Assembly (NCBI GenBank): GCA_951406725.2
Contig: OX597835.1
Coordinates: 27,404,001 to 27,468,000, forward strand
Origin: Octopus vulgaris
Lineage: Eukaryota
DNA: 64,000 nt
Reading direction: 5' to 3'
The translations under genes were made by a program, and so were the position numbers. Shown piece by piece: positions 29,560 through 42,050 of this stretch; within the stretch, counting starts at the first letter, position 1, and the number at the start of each line of letters is the position of its first letter. The notes beneath the pieces were generated by a model. It did not search any database, was not told where the DNA came from, and saw nothing but the letters and a program-made list of their open reading frames with translations.

Positions 29560-29845
29560 TCAGCCTACTTCTTCCTGGTGTCGGCATTCAGATTTCAGCT
29601 TAACAAATTCCTTAGCAACTTCATCGTTAGTTCTCTGAGAAAGAATTCTGAGAATAGTCCAACCTGTTTCATCGAGATTGAGGCGTTTACCTAAGGCGCA
29701 CCAGCATGCACAGCTACCTTGTTCGACGATGTCACGCAGTTGCATGACGGCTACTCCGATTTGGCGATCTTCACGGGCAAAACAATAATCTTTGACGCAG
29801 ATATGGAGTTCATAAGCGTCTGGTTCATCCTCATTACCAATAATA
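29560..29845 (-). CDS. unc-13: unc-13 terminal coding exon (C2C domain and C-terminus)
   Basis: ttttctag|T; (F)[94 protein letters not shown] followed by TGA. Confidence 0.97.
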
Positions 29846-29902
29846 CTAGAAAAACAATAATAGTTAACAATAGTAATGTGTATACTTTTAATATATGTAT
29901 GG

Positions 29903-29961
<59 letters not shown>

Positions 29962-30029
29962 AGAATTTTGTGTGTAATAAGATAAAAAAACCAAGGCTGT
30001 GTAGATATTAGAACATTTATAGATAGAAG

Positions 30030-30081
30030 GTCTTACAGCTGTTTCCGGGATATTTATTAATTATATCCCTTCATCGGAGAC
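30030..30081 (-). ncRNA. minimal type-I hammerhead ribozyme-like motif (Penelope-type)
   Basis: GUCU-CCGAUGA-A-GGGAUAU(aauuaauaa)AUAUCCC-G-GAAAC-AGCU-GUA/AGAC: stem I, core, 7-bp stem II, palindromic stem III. Confidence 0.7.
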
Positions 30082-30899
30082 GGTGTGAGAGGATGGTTAA
30101 GTAATAGTTAGTATATATATATATATGGCACCAGTGATATATATATATATATACACACATACATATATTATATTTATTTATTTATTTACATATCTATCAA
30201 AACAGAAGAGACGAAAAATTTGGTATATATCTAATTACATATACAAACTATATAGCTGTATGCATGTAAATACATACATACATATGTGTGTGTATATATA
30301 TATTATTTAATAAATACAATGTATATATTTATGAGATACCAATAGTTTCATGCGATTAAATATGTATATAAATTAAATATATATATATATTTATATGTAT
30401 TGTGATTAAGCATTTTGCCCAACGTGGTCATGATTCTGCTAGCCTTCCACATTTACTACAACAATAATAGTGATATTAAAGATGATATATTTCAGTTGAA
30501 TTCTATAATAAAATATTCATAAGGTAATTATTCAAGATTACTTGGTGACTCCTCCAGTGCTGGTGCCACTTAAAAAGTAATCAGTCCAAACTGTAAAGTG
30601 GTTGGCATTTGAAAGAGCATCCAGTGGTAAAAACCGTACCAAAACTGACCATGCTTGTGCTGGTGCCACGTAAAAAGCACTTGGCCTACTCTGTGGAGTG
30701 GTTGGTGTTAGGGAGGGCATCTAGCTATAAAAGGTATGCCAAAACAGACAGAGAAGCATGGTGCAGCCTTCTGCCTGACCAGCTTCTGTCAAACCATCCA
30801 ACCTGTGGCAGCATAGAAGTAGGGGGTGTTAAATGATGAAGATGATGATGATGATTACAAGAGAATATGTGATTAGATAAAAATACAAGTTTAGTATCT

Positions 30900-31292
30900 T
30901 TTTCTTTTACTTGTTTTAGTCATTTGACTGTGGCCATACTGGGGCACCACCTCAAAGAATTTTCAGTTGAACGCACCAACCCTACTACTTATTTTTAAAA
31001 AAAAACCTGGTGTTTATTCTACCAGTCAATTTTTGCTGGACCGCTAAGTTATGGGGACGTAAACACACCAACACTGGTTGTCAAATGGTGGTGGTGGGAC
31101 ATACACAGATGTTGTCACACACACATATATATGATAGGCTTCTTTCAGTTTCCATTTACCAAATCCACTCACAAGGCTTCGGTCAGCCTGAAGCTATAGT
31201 AGAAGACACTTGCCCAAGGTGCCACACAACAGGACTGAACCCAGAACCATGTGGTTGGGAAGCAAGCTTCTTACCACACAGCGATGCCTGCA
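30900..31292 (-). mobile_element. SINE family B
   Basis: full-length copy. Confidence 0.85.
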
Positions 31293-31400
31293 CATACAGT
31301 ATAGTAATATTTAATAACACTGAATTTACAAACATTACTAAATAAAAATACAAAAAACAGCAGGAGAGAGTATTGTAGTTCACTTGAAGCATTGTGTATA

Positions 31401-32572
31401 GTTTGTAAAGAATAAAAAGTTTTGAATGGTACAACAATGCACTATAATACAGACAATGGGCTATATACCTGTTGTAATTTAGTCATCCATAGTCTGATAT
31501 GATATTGGATCTTTTCGGTTTGAACAACAGTTTTTTAAAATAATTTCTATGTAACTAAAAAATTTTAAACTTCGTATACTGGTAGAATGTATTTATAAAA
31601 TATCTTTTTCTCTTGGCTTTCTTGAGAAAATTTTATAGTTTGTAAGATATTTAGTCTTTAATTTCTTGCATTTCGGCAATTTCAACCAATCAATGACGTC
31701 TATTGAGGTGAATACAATATTTCCGGATTTTGTCAACAACAATTATTTCCGGTATCATATGAAATTGTCCCTGTTATTTATGAGAAAAAAGATACCCTGT
31801 GGCCATAAACTGAGGGGTCACTCGTAAACAGAGCTGGATAACAAAACCGTTCCCTCTTTAGTGTCCACCCATAATTATGGCCCTAGTATCGATCTATTGC
31901 ATTTCATTCTGTTTTAGGGTTAGGGTTAGAGTTAGGGGTGGAGGGAAGGGTATCTTTTTTTTTTCAGTGGCACGTAAAAAGCACCCACTACACTCACGGA
32001 GTGGTTGGTGTTAGGAAGGGCATCCAGCCGTAGAAACACTGCCAGATTTTGACTGGGCCTGATGAAGCCTTCTGGCTTCACAGACCCCAGTAGAACCGTC
32101 CAACCCATGCTAGCATGGAAAACGGACGCTAAACGATGATGATGATGATGTAAATAAACCCAATCTGTTTCTTAAATGAGGGACATTTTCATATTTCACC
32201 ACCAGAAAATTTTCATGTTTTCACCTCAAAAGACATCATTAATTGGTTGAAATTGCCAAAATTGAAGAAAATATCTTACAAATATCTTACAAACTACAGA
32301 AATTTCTCAAGAAAGTCAAGAGAAAAAGATGTTTTATAAACACATTCTACCAGTATACGAAGTTTAAAAGTGTTTAGTTACATAGAAATTATTTTAAAAA
32401 ACTGCCGTTCAAACCGAAAAGATCCATGATATTTCAGAATAATATTCCTTTTTCAGATATTCTTAGATGGAGTCACATTCCGAAATATCATATCAAACTA
32501 TGGATGACTAAATTACATTGTCTATATTATAGTGCATTGTTGTACCATTCAAAACTTTTTATTCTTTACAAA
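31401..32572. mobile_element. fold-back element split by the Merlin-like MITE
   Basis: arm 31401-31506 (tttgtaaagaataaaaagttttgaatggtacaacaatgcactataat...) is the reverse complement of about 32478-32572. Confidence 0.85.
31507..32425. mobile_element. non-autonomous DNA transposon with 8-bp TSD and GG termini (Merlin-like), carrying a nested retroelement tail
   Basis: TSD atgatatt at 31499-31506 and 32426-32433; TIR GGATCTTTTCGGTTTGAAC; inverted arms of about 200 bp. Confidence 0.8.
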
Positions 32573-32627
32573 ATACAACAGCTAATGAGGTGTTGATTGC
32601 ATAAAATTCAAAATGAATCATACTTAC

Positions 32628-32787
32628 AATTGAAAGGTTTCATTTAACTTTGGCGACCAGTTGTTGCTCTTTGATTTAGTAGAATGTTTTCTCTTTTTAT
32701 CACTGAGGTGGGGCCCAATGAGATGTACCTCAACGAACGGACGGAACATACTAGCCGTCTGCCATTTGAGATCATTGCAAGCAACAA
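32628..32787 (-). CDS. unc-13: unc-13 coding exon (C2C domain)
   Basis: ttattag|TT...CAATT|gtaagt; 160 nt, phase 1 to 2; [53 protein letters not shown]. Confidence 0.97.
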
Positions 32788-33320
32788 CTAATAAGAAACG
32801 GAAAAGAGAAATCCCATCAATACAGAAAATATAAAATGCATATAATTTTTGATGGTGGAATTTGACAGGGATGAAGCAATAAATAATTGGTTTTTAGTTT
32901 TTGGCACAAGGCCGGAAATTGTGAGGTGGTAGGGACAAGACGATGACAGTAACCCCCAGTGTTTATCTGTCACTTATTTTATTGACCTTGAAAGGATGAA
33001 AAGACAAAGTCAACCTTTGAATGCTTGCCATGATTACAGGAGGTGTGAGTTCAAATCCTATGAACAGCTTCAACTTTTTTTTATTTTCCACCTTTAAAAG
33101 TGATTTACTTCAAATCTTTGATAGTTTCTAACTTTTTATCAAGTAAAACTATATTTTCCTTTATTTACTCAATTCCAATAAAATTCTCACAATATTTGTC
33201 TCTTAGTTTCTATTGAGAGTGTATTCTTATTTAATTTTTTAAAACAATTACCATAATACTGAAATTGCATTCTCCTCTTTAAATTATAAAAAAACAATTT
33301 CATTATGGTGAATATATATA

Positions 33321-34128
33321 CAAAGTGTGATGGGTAACTTGTCACCATTTTATATTTCTAATTTCATGCATTGTGTGTTTTTGATTTTGTTGACTACACA
33401 GTACAGTAGGGTCAGTTGGGCACCGTCTATGAGAAAAACAGCACCATGATGCAATTCACTCTGCTAGAAATTTGGAAATGACATGCTGTAACTGCTTGGC
33501 ATTCACAATGGAAGCTCCAATATGAACATGTACCAAGAGTGATAAAAACCAAACATCCAGTCAACATCATGGTGTTTAGAGTGATCACTAGTGATGGCAA
33601 CGTTATGCCTCCATTCATCTTCCCATACGGCCTCATACTCAACACAGAAGCCTACAGGAGGAGGGAGTGCTGCCTGGGTCAAGATGGTGGCTGCTGGAAG
33701 ATCCTATGTCTGACAACAGGACTCTGCACCATGCTACACAAGCTGGAGAACCCAGTCTTGGTTGTCAGACAATTTCTGCGACCACATCACCCCCTAACAT
33801 ATGGCCATCTAACTCCTCAGACTGCAACCCCCTTGATTATTATGTGTGGGGCACAGTTAAGTGAGAGACCAACAAAACTCCTTGTAACACCAAAGATGAC
33901 CTGAAGGCAAGGATTATAGCAGCATTTACCAACTTAAAGAAGGAGATCATCCAGAAGAGTTGCATGAGAAATCCGAAGTCATTTGGAGGCCGTGATTGAA
34001 GTCAATGGCGATTTTATTAAATAAATTTACTCGTTAGTATTTCAAGATATTTTTATCTGTTAAAATGTGATGTCAGTGTTATTTTCATTTTTGCGTAATT
34101 TAGATGACAGGTTATTCACTGCATCCTG
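33321..34128 (+). mobile_element. deleted Tc1/mariner-superfamily transposon (maT/DD37D-like motifs)
   Basis: TA-flanked TIRs; frameshifted transposase fragments KHPVNIMVFRVITSDGNVMPPFIF and WPSNSSDCNPLDYYVWG. Confidence 0.8.
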
Positions 34129-34179
34129 TATACATAGTTATTTAAAGCATGGGTATACACCTGATACTATGCCGATTAA

Positions 34180-34399
34180 CCCTTTTGTTACCATATTTAT
34201 TTTGAGATGCTCTGTGATTCTCTCAATTATTTTAGATGTAACAAAGAATTTAGTAAAATAACTTCGTTATCATTAAGCTTGTGTTAGGAACATAAATTGT
34301 GACTAAAGTTTGGTGGAAGATTTTAATTCAAAATTTATGAAAACAAGACATTTGTACTCAGAGCCAAAGCTGGTTTCAGCCGGGTTGGTAGCGAAAGGG
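34180..34399. mobile_element. piggyBac-like MITE (reverse orientation relative to 216-436)
   Basis: TTAA-CCCTTTTGTTACC...GCGAAAGGG-TTAA. Confidence 0.85.
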
Positions 34400-34487
34400 T
34401 TAAAGCACTTACACTGTTTATAACTTAACATGCTGTATAATCAAACCAAGTGAAACCAAGTTTATTGAATGAAGTACCTTTTAAAAA

Positions 34488-34600
34488 GTCACCTGATGAG
34501 ACACATCTGCACCAAAGGATGCACCATAACCAGTTGAATAATATCACACCCACAAGAGGTTGATGCAAGATGGGTCAAAACGATTGTTGTGATTAATAAA
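34488..34600 (+). ncRNA. decayed hammerhead motif followed by AATAAA (Penelope-like terminal repeat remnant)
   Basis: GUCAC-CUGAUGA-GAC...long stem II...GUC-AAAAC-GAUU-GUU/GUGAU; GAAA changed to AAAA, consistent with CpG decay. Confidence 0.6.
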
Positions 34601-34843
34601 GAATCTCATGAATTCCATTTTCTGTTTCTCTCATCCAATTTTTAATTCATTATGCCATGTGGAAAGTGTCTGATGATTGTGCTACAACACCAGACATGTT
34701 AAAAAACACTGTTTGTCATGCTCTCAGCACATTAAACTAATAGTACTACAAAAAGCCCCCATATAATTGTGTTTATTAAATAATATTTATCTCTCACCAG
34801 GTGGAATACTTTTTTTGTTGAACTTACCATCATAGAACAGTAG

Positions 34844-34884
<41 letters not shown>

Positions 34885-35424
34885 CTCAGTATGACATCTC
34901 ATTTTTTTCTTAATGTCTTGCACCCATGCTTTTTTAAATTTCGGTGTTTATTCAAGTCTAATGTTTCATATAACTTTTATTCTTTTAATTGTTTCAGTCA
35001 TGAGATTGCGACCATGCTGGAGCAGCACTTGAAGAGTTTTGTCCATCACACTGGCTCCAGTATTTTGGTTCTTTAAGTCTGATACTTTCAGTGTTCCTCC
35101 TTGACACACACACCGAGGTATCGTGTGGTGGAGAAACTGATGTGTGTGTTGTGTGTGTGCATGTGTCATTGTGTGTGAGTATGTGTGAGAGTGTCAATGT
35201 CTGTGAATGTGTGTGTGTGTGTGCATGTCTGTATATGTGTGTGTGAGGAAGAACAAGACAGAGATTGAAAGAGAGAGAGAAGGAGAGAGATGGAGGAGTG
35301 CTAAGAGAGAACAGCAATTGCAACAACAGAAACAATTTTTTACAATTATTCTTTTAGTGGTTCCCATCACTGGACTGCAACTTGGAGCATGTTTTAGTGT
35401 GGTATATACAATCATGTGGATGTG

Positions 35425-35730
35425 CAATGGCCCAGTGGTTAGGGCAGTGAACTCGCGGTCATAGGATCGCGGTTTCAATTCCTAGACTGGGCGTTGTGAG
35501 TGTTTATTGAGCGAGAACACCCAAAGCTCCACGAAGCTTTGGCAGGGGGTGGTGGCGATCCCTGCTGTACTCTTTTGCCACAATTTTCTCTCACTCTTTC
35601 TTCTGCTGGCCTGCTTGCTTAGCCAGCGGGGTGGCATCATTTGAAGGCGAAAACAATGCGAAGCGCATTGTGACCAGCGATGTGTAGCAACATCTGATAG
35701 TCTGGTCGGTCACGGTGATCACAGTGATAT
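35425..35730 (+). mobile_element. tRNA-derived SINE family D (related head at about 62485-62790)
   Basis: tggcccagtggttagggcag...ggtttcaattcc A/B-box-like head shared with tggcctagtggttagagcag...ggttcgaatc. Confidence 0.75.
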
Positions 35731-36057
35731 ACAATCACACAGACACACACACACACACATGCATGCACACACATACACACATGCACACACAGAGACATGC
35801 ATGCACACACACGCATGCACATGCAAACATACACACGCAGAATGAGCTTCTACCCATTTTCTGTTTACCAAATTTTATCTACATGGTAGTATCCAACCTA
35901 AGGCTCTTATGGAAAACACTTGTTTCAAGATGCTACCAAAGTGTGGGATCGAATCAGGAACCACATGGTTGTAAAGCAAACTTCAGCTATGCAGGTTCCA
36001 TATAACAGACATTCCACGACGATTCTCGGTGATGAAATAAGAGAAAAGCAAACCTAC

Positions 36058-36153
36058 CCTTAACAGTGACTTTATGTTCTCCAGTTCCGGGATGTGTAAA
36101 CAAATCAACTTGGATAGAAACTTCCCCAACAGGATCTTCAGAGCTAGGTTGGT
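36058..36153 (-). CDS. unc-13: unc-13 coding exon (linker and start of C2C)
   Basis: cacatag|ACC...AAGG|gtaggt; 96 nt, phase 1/1; [32 protein letters not shown]. Confidence 0.97.
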
Positions 36154-37575
36154 CTATGTGGCAGAAAATAAATAGAAATGGTAAAAAAGAGAAAAATGTG
36201 AGATATAAATTGTACAAGAATATTTTTTTTTTGTAAACTGATAAATTTCTATTTGTAAATCTCTCAATGAATGACATTCAGTAACAGTATTATTTACCAA
36301 CATTATGTGGCAGTACTGGTCTAAGGCAAGCGTTACTGCTATTTAGTCCGAGGAAACATCACCTCCAGCTGGCTATACGACACACTATCTGTGTCTTTAT
36401 ATTTCGAACAAGGGAGTTTAGCATCCCCACTCAGCACAAAACAATATTTGTGTATCGTGATTTCTGGGTTATTTCCCTTAATCAGCACAGAATAACTGTG
36501 TGGCTAGAGGTGTTGCTGCGAAATCCTTGTTCAAAATATACAGTTTTCAAAGTGAGACACAGTCACTGATTTAATGAAATAGAAAAATCTCTCTGTAAAT
36601 CTCTCAATGAAAGGCACTCAATAAAAGTAGTCTGGAGTAAAGATTATTTGCCAACATAACATGGCAGTCCTGGTTTAGATATATTCCTCACCCATACCTT
36701 GTCCATATACTTTGGCTTTGTGGGAGAATCAATGGAAAACAAAAATAGGGACATAGAATAAAAGAGTCACACTGATCTGATAAAATGACTCATGTCAGCA
36801 TGAACCGGAAATTAGCAAAAATTATAAAATATCATAAAAATAAATTAAATCATTTGGCGAAGGAATAAGGAGTGGAAGTCAATTTCAAATGATTTCAGAA
36901 GAATTTAATAACAAACAGCTGCATTATATATATTATAGTGGGGTAAGCTGGTTTACGGGGCTACCATCTACATCTCAGAGTGTGCTTCTCCTCTGGATTT
37001 ATGTATTTCTATAAACGATATATATATATATATAGGTACCAGAATTTGGTATGGTGCCTTTAACTTAAGAACCATATTCATCTGAATCTAAATTTTGCAG
37101 AACTTATATATTTGATATATATTGATGGTGTCACATAAAAAGTATCCAGTCCACACTGTGAAGTGGTTGGCACCTGGAAGGGTATCCAGCAGTAAAATCC
37201 ATGCCAAAACTGACCTCAGCTGTGCCGGTGCCATGTAAAAAAGCACTCAGTCCTCTCTGCAGGGTGGTTGGTGTTATTAAGGGCATCCAGCTGTAAAAAC
37301 CATGCCGAAACAGACACAGTACCCTGGTGCAGTCTTTTACCTGGCCGGCTCATACATATATTATCAGAATCATTTGATGTTTCTTTGACATGGTTTCTAT
37401 GGCTGGATGCCTTTCCTAATGCCAACCACTTTATAGAATGTAGTTAGTGCTTTTATTTTGTCATGGCACCAGAACAAATGAAGTCACCAAGTTGCTTGCA
37501 AGTAACATGGTATATACACACATACACATCACAAATATATACACTCCTCACTTTTTACATACATAAAAAATGCAA

Positions 37576-37608
<33 letters not shown>

Positions 37609-37624
37609 CTGTTACTCTCTTTTT

Positions 37625-38004
37625 ACTCATTTACTTGTTTCAGTCATTTGACTGTGACCATGCTGGAGCACTGCCTTTAGTTGAGCACATTGATCCCAGG
37701 ACTTATTCTTTGTAAGCCTAGTACTTTCTCTGTCGGTGCCTTTTGGTGAACCGCTAAGTTACGGGGATGTAAACACACCAGCATCGGTTGTCAATCGATG
37801 TTGGGGAAGGGGACAAACACAGACATACAAACATATACACACACACATACATACATACATACATATATATATATATATAAATATATAAAATAAATATAAG
37901 AGAGTGGTCACTATATGGCTCACTCTAGCACCAGTTAATCCAAAAGGTTTCAACCTTTGATATACTATTAAATTAGTATCTAATTCTCTCACCCTTATTA
38001 ATTA

Positions 38005-38040
<36 letters not shown>

Positions 38041-38120
38041 GACAGGCTTCTTTCAGTTTCCGTCTACCAAATCCACTCACAAGGCTTTGGTTGGCTCGAG
38101 GCTATAGTAGAAGACACATT
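37625..38120 (-). mobile_element. SINE family B (5'-truncated, with a nested insertion in its TA tract)
   Basis: tail and core match the other copies; ends about 50 nt from the donor of exon 38169-38394. Confidence 0.8.
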
Positions 38121-38168
38121 ACAAATGCACACACAAAATAATGATATTAATGAAGATATTGACCATAC

Positions 38169-38394
38169 CTTGTTGTGTTTCGGTATTAACGAATGTTTTA
38201 ATGAGTGTATCAGTTGTTTGAGTGTATAATGAAAGTGCATAGCGTAATGATTGAAGTTCAGCACTTTTGTCCAGGAAGGCTTTCTTAAGTCCTTGGCCGC
38301 CAGCATGGAAATAGTTCTTTATTGTATCCAGGGCCAAGTCAAGCGCCGCACACTGCTTTGGTGTTAGATTCTTCTCTATCTCTTTGGAAATATC
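38169..38394 (-). CDS. unc-13: unc-13 coding exon (end of MUN domain)
   Basis: ccccag|GAT...CAAG|gtatgg; 226 nt, phase 0 to 1; [75 protein letters not shown]. Confidence 0.97.
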
Positions 38395-40498
38395 CTGGGG
38401 AAAATAATAATAATAATAAGGGATGCTACAGTTAATGTTATTCTAGAAAAATTAGTGAGGAAAAAACAGCACAAAAAACAAAATCAGTCGATCAATGAAA
38501 TCTACAGTAATTGTTAATTATAATGAGTCGTTAAATTTTTGTCAGTGATCACAGTAACAAAGAAATAAGCCGAAAAAAGCAAAGCGATTTGCAGAGACTA
38601 ATTGTGAAGTTACAGATCTGGTGCCATGGACATGTGATTAAAATGTCTCAAGGAAGAAACATAAGATGGATTTCTCAAGCTGAGACATAAGGATAGACCT
38701 AGAATGGGTTGGTTGGATAATCTGCATAGTCTCCATTGGTCATGCTTTGGAATTCATTTGGAAAGTGTCATGACAGTTGCTTCTGATAAGACAGTATGGA
38801 GAAGGGCCCGAGGATGCTTCCACTGCAACCCTTCTAGGAACAATGGACTATGAAGATGGCTGGCTGGATGGATGGAAGTGAATAAAGAAATTATGATTTG
38901 TACCAGAAACACAAGACAACAGGTAGGAAAGGGGACTAAGAAGAAGAATTGATTAACTGAACCTAAATGCTTCGTTGACTCTGGAAGGGTCAAGGGTAAA
39001 GTTACTCTCAGAGGAATTTTGGACTTAGAAAAAAACCCCCCCTAAATGAATGTATTTAACTGCTGCAAATCATTTTGTTCTCCCATTCTACTAATTCTGC
39101 TAATTTATCAGCCTTGAATAAATTAATTACAACATTAGGAACAACAAATTAATGAAATGTTGAATGAATATTATGAAATTAGTGATTCCCTGCCAGGTTT
39201 TAAAATAAATAAAAAAAGACAAGAACAATCTAATACTTATTTCAAATTTTGGCACAAGGGCAGCAATTTTGTTTTTGTGGTGAGGGATAAGTCGATTACA
39301 TTGACCCCAGTGCATAACTGGTACTTATTTTATTGATCCCTAAAGCACGAGAAGCAAAGTTGACCTCAGCGGAATTTGAACTCAGAACATGAAGATGGAT
39401 GAAATGCCACTAAGCATTTTGCCCAGCATACTAACGATTCTGCCAGTTTGCCACCTTAGAACATTCCAACGTTAAATATTCCGACTCTAATATTCTTCAT
39501 TCCAAAGTGGTTGACTGATGAAGTGTGTATGGAAACTTTGAGTTTTGATAAATATTGATTTCAAATTTTGGCACAAGGCCAGCAATTTTGGGGAAGGTGA
39601 TAAGTCGATTGCATCAACCCCAGTGTTCAACTGGTACTTATTTTATCAACCCTGAAAGGATGAAAGGCAAAGCCAACCTCGGCAGAATTTGAACTCAGAA
39701 CTAAGGCTTGCCGCCTTAGTTTTGGTTAATATTTATACAGTTTTTCTCTGTATATATTCTGATATTTTGGAAGGAAATTCTTTTTTTGAAATAATTGTTT
39801 ATCACTTAGCTATTTGATTGGTTGGCTGTTTTATGGGAGAGGGCGAGACAGACAGAATACAAAAGATGTAACAAGGTAACCAACAGATATTGATATATTA
39901 ATTAAACATATATTAATTAAAATGTATGATACTGATACAAAATTATCTGAAACTCTGAAATAAGTTTGACTTAAATTTTGATAGGATACTTAAGTAATGA
40001 AACCATCTTTACAAAAACCAAAAATAAATGAATAAAAAGGAATTAATGTTGATCAGATAATTAATTATAGAATAATTACATAAAATTAATTTCAGTGGTG
40101 TTGGATGTCAAAAGCAAATATGATTCATAGAATTTTTATTTTTAATAAATAAATAAAATAGATAATATTAATTAGTCATCTTATACTGTAAAGCAAATTT
40201 AAACAAGTAATTGCAATTAATTAATTTTATTATAATAATTAATTTTATTATAATAATCATCAATCATTAAAGCATAATAGTGAAAATAAATAAAATATCA
40301 CAAATTCTATAAACATGCAGTACAAAAAAATAAACAACGACAACATCAACAACACAAATCCACACAGAAAGAAAGATTATTGTTAAATATACAGTGTACT
40401 CTAATTAGAAAATGATAACATTTCTGAAGTACAAAAAATAGGCCACAACAGGTTTTTTTACCCTTCAAGGTACTGTAGGACTGACATGCAACTTATGT

Positions 40499-40535
<37 letters not shown>

Positions 40536-40677
40536 CAGGAGAATATAAAATTAACATCAATTAAAATATATGATATTAGTATTAAATACCATACATAGAA
40601 TGGTTAGGAATTTACACCACAAGAACAAAATATATTGCATTAAGATTCTGACAGAAAAATATACATATATATATGTA

Positions 40678-41518
40678 CAGGGTGCGATGGGTAAATTGTC
40701 ACCATTTTATATCTTTAATTTTGCGCATGTGCATTGTTTGTTTTTGATTTTATCAAAAACACAGTATAGTAGGGTTAGTTGGGAACCGTCTGTGAGATAA
40801 ATAACACCATGATGCAATTCACTCTACCAGAAATTTGTATATGACATGCTGTACTGCTTGGCATTCATGCCGGAAGCACTCAATATGAACATTTCAGAAT
40901 GCTTGGGTGTCAATCTGAGGACATGTACCGAGAGTGATAAAACTCAAACAGTCAACATCATTGTGCTTGGAGTGATCATTAGTGATCATTACACTATGCT
41001 TCCATTCATCTTTCCACATTATCTTGCATATATTTCATCACAGAGGACTATATCAAGTGTCTGGAGGAGGTAGTGCTGCCCTGGGTCAAGAGGGTGGCTG
41101 CTGGAACACCCTTGGTCTGGCAACAGGACTCTACACCATGCCACATAAGCAGGAGAACCCAGTGATGGGTGTTAGACAATTTCTGCGACCACATCACCCC
41201 TAACATCTAGACACCTAACTCCCCAGACTACGAACCTTTTGATTATTATTTGTGGAGCACATTTGAGCAAGAGACCAACAAAACTCCTTGTAGCAGCAAA
41301 GATAAACTAAAGGCAAAGATTCACCAATTTAAACAAGGGGACAGTTTGGAAGAGTTGCAGGAGGTTTCAAGGAGATCATGATTGAAGTCAATGGCGAATT
41401 TATTGAATAAATTAACTCATTAGTAATTCAAGATATTTTAATTTAATTTTGGTAAATATATCTGTTAAAATGAGATGTCAGTGTTATTTTCATTTTTACA
41501 TAATTTATATACACCTGA
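40678..41518 (+). mobile_element. second copy of the same deleted Tc1/mariner-superfamily element
   Basis: colinear with 33321-34128; TIR cagggtgcgatgggtaaattgtcacc. Confidence 0.8.
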
Positions 41519-41519
41519 C

Positions 41520-41533
41520 ATATATATACATAT

Positions 41534-41571
<38 letters not shown>

Positions 41572-41586
41572 ATATATATACATATG

Positions 41587-41620
<34 letters not shown>

Positions 41621-41652
41621 CATATGTATATGTATATATATATGTATATATA

Positions 41653-41687
<35 letters not shown>

Positions 41688-41785
41688 ACATATGTATACA
41701 TGTATGTATATGTATATATATACACATATATATATATATATATATACACATATGTATACATGTATGTATATGTATATATATACAC

Positions 41786-41819
<34 letters not shown>

Positions 41820-41824
41820 ATATA

Positions 41825-41855
<31 letters not shown>

Positions 41856-42050
41856 GTGTATGTATATATATATATACACATATATATATATTTATATGTA
41901 TATATATAATATATATACATATAAATATATATACATATATATATATATGAATATATACACATATAAATATATATACATATATATATGAATATATATATAA
42001 ATATTTATATACATATACACACACACACACACACACATACATATATATGA
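41520..42050. repeat. (TA)n/(TATG)/(TACA) compound microsatellite
   Basis: direct inspection; similar tracts near 10515-10700, 11170-11260, 24990-25325, 25525-25985, 26420-27120. Confidence 0.97.

Noticed and set aside
35425-35500. tRNA-like sequences (also near 62490, 9900, 61040)
   Set aside because: They have A/B boxes but no complete cloverleaf and continue into repeat bodies, so they are SINE heads.
40462-40491. Possible microexon on the minus strand (pyrimidine tract, TGCATG, AG...GG|gtaaaa)
   Set aside because: The candidate acceptors give 11 or 19 nt (frameshift) or 30 nt with an in-frame TGA, and the donor is weak.
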